Under the pieces are notes generated by a model. That model ran no database searches and was not told where the DNA came from. It saw only the letters and a program-made list of their open reading frames with translations. Below, piece after piece: positions 12,801-22,500 of a stretch of DNA of 64,000 nt. The stretch lies in the NCBI GenBank assembly GCA_965153285.1, contig OZ229113.1; one strand, given 5' to 3'. How positions within the stretch are numbered: position 1 is the stretch's first letter; each line of letters opens with the position of its first letter. Source of the stretch: Podarcis tiliguerta (taxonomy: Eukaryota). The translations under genes were made by a program, and so were the position numbers.

Positions 12801-15800
12801 GCAAGACGAAAAAACCGCAAGACGAAAAGACTCGCGGAACGGATTCTTTTCGTCTTGCGAGGCACCACTGTATGTGGGAACAAGAGGTTAATGTCTGGTA
12901 GTTCATGGTTTCTTCTCTTTGCAAAGGATATTTCGATTTAGTTAACCCAAATATTAAGGGGATTAATAAAGGAGAATAAACTGTCCAGGTAAATGGTGAA
13001 AGCTCTGCTGTTCTAATATACAGCATAGATTCTTAGATAGCTACAAATATGCTTATATGTACTTATTTTGAGAGAGGATGAAGGTGGTACGGCAGAATGG
13101 TTAAGGGCATAGACTGAAGAATTCCAACCATGAGTTTATTGGGTAATAGGCACTTTGCTATCCCTAAGCCCCCACTTGTGACATTTTGATGCTAGCATTA
13201 CCTTAGAGAAGTGGTTCTCAACCTGTGGGTCCCCAGATGGTGGACTACAACCCCCGTCATCCCTGAGCTCTGGCCTTGCTAGCTAGGGGTGATGGGAGTT
13301 GCAGTTCAACAGCATCTGAGGACCCACAGGTTGAGAAAGGCTGCCTTAGAGGGTTGAAAGATGAAGTTTTAGGACTTAGAAAAACCATTGAAATAGTAGC
13401 AGTAATATTTTTAAAGAAAATGTGCTTGTTTGGTTGAACTGAAATTTAAGCCTGTATTAACAACCTTCACCATAGCGTCACCCTGGTTGTGGAACACCCT
13501 CCTCTCTGAGGCATGGCTGGTGTTGACTCTCTTTTTGTTTTGGTGCCAGCTTAAAACTCTATTATTTACCCAGGTGCTGCTATGTAGTTTTCAGGTTGAT
13601 AATGGCTGTAATTTTTATTGCCCTTGTTTTCTGGTTTATGGATGATGTCCGACTAACCCATCAGTCAACCCATTGAAATCGATAGACTTAAGTCCATCAA
13701 TTTCAATGGACCTGCCATATGACTAACTTCAGTTCAGTGAGTCTGCTTCGAGTTAAAAGTTAGTTGAATATAGCCCATTGTGTTTAATTGAAATCTCTGT
13801 TTAAAAATAAATAAGTAACCTTCTGCATTTACTCCCTAGTAATAAATTTGAAAATGAAAAAGTAAAAAGGGAGGAGCTTATAAAGAAAAGACGGGAGGAC
13901 CACCAGGAGTGTGTTGCACGAGCTATCGCAGCTGAGGTAAAAACGTGCTGGGTTGCAACCTTGCTTTCTTGTACTTTCCCCAAATTCCTGCCCACTTTTG
14001 ATTACCATTAGAAGATTGCTGTAACACTTCATCCTTGCCTAGAAATTTCCCACTTAAAGAACTACCGTATTTTCCCGTGCATTGGACGAGGTTTTTTTTT
14101 ATTACTAAAATATCATGTAAAAAAACGGGGGTTGTCTAATACATGGATAGTGGCATTGGCGGTTGGCGGGAATGCAGCTTCTCCCGATGCTGCTGCTCAA
14201 GGGAAAGAATCTAGGGAGTGTTTCCTGCCTGCAGCTGCATGGGGGGAGGGGAGAGAGGCTCAACAGCTTTGGGCCACCTCCCCTCATTTTCTTAAAATTC
14301 AGTCCCCCAAAATAGGGGGGTGTCTTATACATGGAGGCATCTTATAGATGTAAAAGTACGCTAATACTGTGACTGTTCTGAAAGACTCCAGTTTTGCTGT
14401 ATAACCAGTGGTGCTCAGAATTTTGCACGTGGACAATAATGTTTTGTATTCCCCACTGTAGTGTTTCTGCCAAGTACCTAGAAGTGACTGGTTTTTGGGT
14501 TTTTTTAAGGATAACAATATAATTTCCTTCAAATATTTCGTGTCCCTTTTATGATTTTTAATTTCCTCTTTTTTGCTGTTTTATTGGCTTGCCGCAATAA
14601 ATTCCATGACCTCAATATTATCTGGATTCATTCATATCATTGCTAGTCGTATTAGGCTTTGCAGTCAAATAAATGAATTTTAAACTCGGAGCATAAGATT
14701 GTTTTTAATGTTGGGGAACAAAACAATAACCTAGTAGGAAGCACATAGCCAGTAGCTGGGACAGTGAAGCTACCCCATGAAACATGACAGTATTTCAGGC
14801 AGGTGAATGAATGGAAATGTTTAGAATTGGTGATACCATACAGAAGTAATGTCCCGTGAGATTTTTAAGATCTAAAGTCAGTTAATTTTATTTTTTAGGT
14901 TTCTGTGCTTGAAAACTGGAAGGACACTGAATTATATAAATTAGGCAAAATAGCAACAGATGCGGAAACGTATCTTAAGTATCTGAAATTCATGACAAGG
15001 TATGGCTTTGAATATGAGTATGCAACAAACAAAGCATCTAAATAAGATTGCTTGAAAGTTCTCTCAGAAGTACCATCAGTACTTCATCTTTTCTCTCACT
15101 AAAATGAGTACAATAGAACCTCGGGTTGTGAACGTGATCTGTGTGGGAGACACGTTCGCAACCCGCAGTGCTACATCTGCGCATGCGCGGGTCGCAATTC
15201 AGCGCTTCTGTGTATGCGCAAAGCACAATTTAGTGGTTTTGTGCATGCGCGAGCGTCGAAACCTAGAAATAACCTGTTCCGGTACTTCTGCGTTCGGTGC
15301 AGTGCGCATCCCGAAATCGCATAACCTGAAGCGTCTGTAACCCAAGGTACCATGTATTGCGTAAAAAAGTAACATATTGAACTTTTTGGGTTGTATGTTG
15401 GGACCATATTTGGCTTTGATCCACTATATTGGTACATATTGTATTAGTTCACCCAATCCTACATATGATAATGGGATTGTCTGGAGAAGAAAGACAAAGT
15501 TGCAGTAACCCAAGTTACAAGGAAATGATATAAAAATAAGGATTCTTTAAATACAGGGTATACATGTAAGCTTATGTATTTTTGGAAAATTACAAATTAG
15601 AAAACATAAATTCTCCAAGCACCAGCCATTGAATAAAAATAACTAAGTCCTCCAAACAATAGAGATAAAATAATTGACATAATCTCCAGGATTATATATT
15701 GCTTTGTGCTTCTTCAGAATCAAATTGGATTCATATATATTCACACACACACATAGTAGTTACAACTTGAAGAATTCACGTTGTGTACTGTACACTATAC

Positions 15801-18800
15801 AATTTTATGTACAGTTAATGTTTAAATAATAATAATTTCATTCCCACTTGGGACCCTGTGACTTTGTCTTTCGGTTCTTATATTTGGAGACCCCCTCTGT
15901 GTTTTGCTATTGTCTAGAGAAAGACATTCTTTGAAGCCTCTGGTTAAAAGACTGGAGAAAAACTGGAGGACACATACTTTAAAATGTTACAAACTCTAGT
16001 ACTTCAGATGAGTCTGGGTTACAGTGTTCACTCCAGGTGATGGAATATATATCTGGAATATCGACTACTGCCCTCCTGGCTAGACAGTAAAAATCAAATC
16101 TTTTTTATGGATTAAAATACTGGAATGTCATTTTGGGGTAGCATTATTTTTCTTGGAAGTCCTTCTTAATCTCAAACTATCACCATGGCATAGAACTAAC
16201 TAAAATTTTGTGTGTGTGTGTGTGTCTCTCTCTCACTGCCCCCTCCAGCCACTCTTCAGTACCCCAGTTGAAGTTACAGATTAATTCTTGGGAGTCCTTT
16301 ATATCTAATACCAAAGACGAAATTAGGAAAGCAGAGGTATGTCTATTATGTTAATTATTGTAAAGATACAGGTTTTAGTAGCTTTCTCTTTTCGATAGAA
16401 GTGAATTAACTTCTTTTGCAGATTTCTGTATGTAGACTAATATGTATCGATTTCTCCCTAGGACGGACTTTATAACTTTTTTTCCTTTTTAAAAATGTGT
16501 TCTATTTACATAAGAATATACAAGGGGTCAAACTAGTGCTTCTGTAGAATCCTATCTGAAGCCACTGGAAGTTTAGCTGAGCCGTAAGAAGAATTGCCTA
16601 GCTAGGGAAACATTACTGCTCACTTTGAATATCTCCCCTCTGTTCTTTTTGCAGAGGCAGTTTGACGAGAGAATTTACATGGTGAAAAATGGTGCCTTTC
16701 TTGATAGTATCTCCAAAGTGGAAATTGCAGAACTTCAACCTCCAAGTGTCCTCTCATCCGTAAGTCTTTGTTAACTGTTTTGTGTCGAAAGCCAGTACAC
16801 CGTGAAATTCTCATTATAGATTGGATGCATCTAAAACATGAAGTAACATTATATCTAGCTCACATATTGAAAAATATGTTGTAGCACCTCCATCTTGCTC
16901 ATACGAGCTTTCCAGTGCATTGATGTGTACCAAAACAATTCATGTGGCAAGGGGTGGAGGAGACACAGTGCCACATCCCAGTGGCTTCCCAAAGTTGCAT
17001 ATCCTGGGGTGAGGTGCAGTCTCCAAAAGCCGGTTTCTTGAGACCCCCAACACTATTTGGAAGAGCAGAGGGTGGTGAAGAGGCTTGAGAAGCCCCTTCC
17101 CATCTTCTTGCTTTCAGATCTTCAGCCCACCTGCCACAGTTCAGCCGCACCTTCATTGAAGAGCCCGGGGATGTTGAAGTAGGAAAAGGGTTATGGGGGT
17201 GATTCATTCTGAAGGGCGTGAAAGGCACTCTGACAGAAAATCTCAAAGCAGTGTTCTGCTTATAATTTTGGCGTCTATGTATGGGATAATGTGAGAAGAG
17301 CAGGTCACATCTTTAAAACCTCACTTTTCCAAAAACCCAATGGTGTTGCAGTGCCACCTGGGTAAAGCAGATGAAGCTGAAACTGTATCTTTTTGTCTTA
17401 ATTTTTAATGGGCAATTTGATTGTGAAGACTTTATAGGGAAATTTTTAATGTTTGATGTTTTATTATGTTTTTTTATCTGTTGGAAGCTGCCCAGAATGG
17501 CTGGGGGATAATAATACAGTGGTACCTTGGTTTTTGAACGTCTCGGAAGACTAACGTTTTGGTTTTCGAACGCCAAAAACCCGGAAGTGAATGCTTCCAT
17601 TTTCGAATGCACCTCGGAAGTCAAACGGCTTCAGCTGAGTGTCTCAATTTTCTCAATTAAATTTGCAGAGCGCCCTTTGTGCCTCGGTTTTTGAATGTTT
17701 TGGAAGTCGGAACGGTTTTCTGTAATGGATTACATTCGAAACCGAGGTACCACTGTAATAATAATAATAATAAAGCCACCCTGGAAGTAGCAGAAGCTTG
17801 AATTCTTTAGAATGCTTGAAAATATTCCTCGCCTTATTTGGGGTATTCTTTTTCCCCTCAGGTAACACATGAGAGGCCTCCTATTAACGACCCAGCCATT
17901 GTAATGTATTCAGCTGCAGCTCCGCACCTGCCCTCTAATTTGTTTGCTACCTTTTCAAGTTCTGACGACGATAATCCTCTGCACTCCATAGTTAACAAGC
18001 ATCTGGGAAATAAAACATCCAAGAAAGATTCTAAGTACTCTCTGGCAAATAAAGGCTTGGAAGAAGTGTCTCCTGACTGCAGAGATATGGCACTTTCTGA
18101 TTACATATGCCTACCCCAGTCACCAGGAAATTCTAGAAGATCTATCCAGGACACCCAACTGCAACACAGCAGCCAAGAAGAGCCAGCAGCAGCAGCAGCT
18201 GCAGGGCTGGACCATGCGAATGCTATAAGTAGGCCAGCGCTGCCACAACTATATGAAGACGTCATTGATAAACTCATAATTATATTTCCTCACCTTACAA
18301 GGTATTTTCCATCAGTTAAACCGATTCCTCACAATTCTGCTGGAGACTACCTCTTGGTGTATGTTTTTCCCCTTCCTAGTTTAAGCTGCTATCTTGTCCC
18401 TGATTTTCAATGTCGTAACCCTGGCACATAACCATCTAAAAAGATAACGTGGCAGAGCAATCCACAGTTGCTTGCTTCTGACTGCACTTTTTCTCGGTTA
18501 AACAAGAGCTTGTAGTAAAATGGCAGCTGCCCTTCTTGCCAGTAGCATAAGCAGTTTCTGACAACAGCAGACACGCCTTTTCTTTGTGGTCCTTCATCGT
18601 GGTCTTTGTCTCGATACAGGCAAACTCCAGGCTTGGCAGCAGTGCCTTATATCATCCATATAGCTATGCATTGCCATCAACAGAAGAGTTGTCCCCAGTT
18701 ATTTTTACTTTGCTTTCCACTGGTTGGTGTAAGTTGAGCAGAGTCTTGCTTCAGGATACTGATAAGATTCAGTTTCTCAATGACCCTATTGCTCGAATAT

Positions 18801-19400
18801 TTTCAGTCCTATATTCCTTGATGCTGACCATTTATGTTGAGTGTTTCGCCTGCATACACTTTCCTGAAGCAGTTTTAAGGAAATTACGTGTTCTTCCAAA
18901 ATGCCATTTGACTGTATAGTAACCTTTTGAACTTGTAGTGGAATCCTGACCGTCTATTTCCTTAACACTGTCGGAAGCAAAATTGCCAGGTTGCTTTTGG
19001 GTAGAGATGAATTGATAGCTGGATATTGGCTCCATATTTGTAAAAGAAGATGTTGTTAGTCAGATATTCGAGTCAGATATTCCAGGGGGCTAACATGCAC
19101 CTAAGCTTTCTGCAAGCCATCCAGAGATCTATGTTGTTAGCTGACCAATATAGATATCAGGGGGGGAAGGCTCTTTGTGACATCGCTGTGTATTCACACT
19201 GGTAATAAATGTATAACTTTTCTTCCTCCTGCTGCAGATCAGATATTGGAAATGTCATTGAAGAAGTCCAAGACAAGAATAGAAACAAATGGAGCACAGC
19301 TGAACTCCTAAACAGGGTAACAGAATCTATTTTGGATCGTCCAAGCAAGAAAAAGGTAAGTTGCCAGAAATGTTTGAAATGCTGAAAACACAAGTTATGG

Positions 19401-19450
<50 letters not shown>

Positions 19451-19503
19451 TATGGTAATATATATATGTTTATTTATTTATGTTATGGTAATACAAGTTA
19501 TGG

Positions 19504-19551
<48 letters not shown>

Positions 19552-22500
19552 CTTTCGTAGATTTTCACGGGTACAGGAATGCAGGTTTTGGTGTCCTCGG
19601 GTGTCTTCCCGTGTAAAAGTTGGGGTGTCTAGGCGACGTTTCGACGAGGTCTCACTCGTCATCTTCAGGCTGGTGCTTTCGGCTTCTTGTTACTGGAACA
19701 GAGCAGGATCTCAGTGTTTGAGTTCCTATAAATACTGTTGAGGAGGTGTGGTGTATAGCCTCCAATGTTCTGGGCAGAGAGGAGGTTCCCAGGCTAGTGT
19801 GCCTTTTCTTCTTTTGTTCCTTAATTACTTGAGGGATATCTTGAGTGATTTCTTGAGTGATTTCCTGAATCCCACTTAGGTGGGTCATTAGGTGTGGATT
19901 AGTTGCTAAAGCCTTCGTGTCTTGAACTCTTGAACTTTGTGAAGAGTTTTTCTGAGAAGATGGCTGTACTGCACTTGGTTGTGCTCTGGCTTGGCTTCGT
20001 GTATAGGGGCGAGCTGTGGTTTTGTGGCCTGTGCCAGCCAGATCTGTGTAGGGATTGCAGGGGGGTGCAGCATCCGGAGGTGCCACCCTGGTTTGGCTAC
20101 TGGATGGTGTCTGTAATTTATCTGTGGAGAGGGTCTGGGTTTGGGTCTGGTGTGGTTGATTGGTGATGGCGTTCTGTGTGCCTCTGGATCTGGTGTCAGA
20201 TTTTGTGGGGAGGGCTAATTTCCAGATGTCTGGCAAGCGGGATGTGTCGTCACGCTTGTTCATGTTGTGAGGGTGTTTCTCTATCTCGATGGCTTCCATG
20301 ATTATTCTCTTGTGGTGATGTTCCATGTTAAAGAGCAATTTGGAATCTGCAAAATTAATTTCGTGTCCTGTTTCTTTCATGTGTTGGAAAAGAGAGGAAG
20401 TTTTTTCTTCTTTTTTGACGGCATTCTTGTGTTCTGCGATCCGTGCATTTATTCGTCTGTTTGTTTGTCCAATGTACGTGGCTGGGCAGACTTTGCAGGG
20501 TATTTCATAGACCCCTTGGTTTTCCAACTGAATTTTATCCTTGGGGTTTCTGAGGATATTGGCTATTTTTTGGTTGGTGCAAAAGGCTGTTTTGATATTG
20601 TGTTTATGGAGGATTTTGCTAATTTTATCTGTAGTGCCCTTGATATAAGGAAGGAGGGCTATGCCATTGTTTTCTTCTGTGTCTTGGTTTTTGGGGGGTG
20701 TTTCTTTTTGGATTAGCTTCGTAACCCTGTTTTGCTGGTATCCGCCCCTATACACGAAGCCAAGCCAGAGCACAACCAAGTGCAGTACAGCCATCTTCTC
20801 AGAAAAACTCTTCACAAAGTTCAAGAGTTCAAGACACGAAGGCTTTAGCAACTAATCCACACCTAATGACCCACCTAAGTGGGATTCAGGAAATCACTCA
20901 AGAAATCACTCAAGATATCCCTCAAGTAATTAAGGAACAAAAGAAGAAAAGGCACACTAGCCTGGGAACCTCCTCTCTGCCCAGAACATTGGAGGCTATA
21001 CACCACACCTCCTCAACAGTATTTATAGGAACTCAAACACTGAGATCCTGCTCTGTTCCAGTAACAAGAAGCCGAAAGCACCAGCCTGAAGATGACGAGT
21101 GAGACCTCGTCGAAACGTCGCCTAGACACCCCAACTTTTACACGGGAAGACACCCGAGGACACCAAAACCTGCATATATATATATTATATATATATATAT
21201 ATATAAAATATGTGTGCCAGGGCATGGGGTCTCTGTGGTACAAAGAAGTTCAGGTTCCTGCTCTTTGTCTAGGTTACAAAATAGAGGAGCTGCATCTATG
21301 GAAGTCCTTGCCTTGGATTGATCCACAAAGGCAGCTGGGTCAGGTTGGAGAACCAGTTTTGGCCGAAGCGACCACAGCCAGACATCGGATCAGTAGCAGT
21401 TTGAGGGTGGAGACCAGGGATGTGGGTTGCAAATGGTCTGCTAGGATGGGAGAACTGAGTATAGGGCTATAGGAAGCTGCCTTATACTAATACAGTTGCT
21501 CAGTCTAGCTCAGTATTGAAAACACTGATTGGCAGCTGCTGCCTAGGATTTCATCCAAGGCCTCTCCGCCAACTCTACCCCGAGATGCTGGGACTTTTTG
21601 CATGTGAAGCATGAGCTCGATCACTGAGCTACAACCCTGGTATTTTCTTAAGATGTTCTCAGATTTCATTATCTCTCTTTAGGTTCTCCCTTCTTCGGGG
21701 AAAATCGAAGGGGCATCTTCCACCACTTCTGGAGGGAGCAGAAATCAGACTCAAAAATTGCTGAAGGCGCCAGGACGAAGTGTGTCTAACCTCTCCAAGT
21801 CTAAACTTGCTAACGAGAAAACAAAGAAGACGACTCTCCCACCTCCGTCAAGTCACACGCCTTGGAAAACAGTTGGAGAAACATCAAAATCAAAGTGGAA
21901 GAAATCAAGCGATGCCGCTGTAGGTCTTTGTATCATTGTCAATGTTAACAGTAAAAACAGTGAATAATTTTATATGCGTAGTTAGGCAACATTTGCTTTT
22001 AACTAGGTTGTATCCATTGCTGCTGTTCTTGTGCAGCAGACTTCTTCTTGTGCAACAGAATGTTCTCCTTTCCACCTACAGATCTTCAAAATCTGAGGGA
22101 TTCAGTTTTTGGGAGCAAGATGGGAGAGGAGATGAAGGGGAAGTTCTGCTGCCTGGAATGGAACTCTGTTCGTGTAGCATTGAATAGAACCCTCTGGTCC
22201 CCACCCCCCGAAATCTCTAGCATAGCATATCTTTAAAAGCAAGCATTTAGCCTTTAACTTTGTAGAAGACATTTGAGAAGTGCCAGGGAGAGTGAGTTGG
22301 TAAAAAGATCTATTTTCTTGAAAATCCAAAAACTTTACCCTTGGCCTTTAGAATACTGAAATTAAACCTTCCTCAAAAGGTACATAGAAATCTTCTAGTG
22401 TCCTGAGCTCTCGGGGAAAACCTTTTGGCATGTTAGCTCCTCGTCAATCTTAAAATATTTTGTAGACTTCCTGTTTGGTGACTGAATCCAACGCTGCAGT

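Larger units (their letters stand above)
19549..21175 (-). mobile_element. 5'-truncated Penelope-like retroelement (Penelope/Poseidon type) with inverted pseudo-LTRs
   Basis: GIY-YIG ORF; 433-bp inverted repeat 19579-20011 / 20743-21175; 30-nt 3' tail 19549-19578; (TA)n on both flanks. Confidence 0.93.

Noticed and set aside
12504-12870. Repeat-spacer appearance of the CGCAAGACGAA units (CRISPR-like)
   Set aside because: Eukaryotic DNA, irregular spacing, mixed orientation, and bounded by TIRs with a TA TSD: a MITE.
18184-18203. (GCA)n encoding six Ala in a TTC3 exon
   Set aside because: Short, interrupted repeat in a variable linker; unremarkable.
19903-21102. Short ORFs identical to parts of the 399-aa Penelope ORF (19903-20166, 20866-21102)
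   Set aside because: Products of the inverted repeat, not separate genes.
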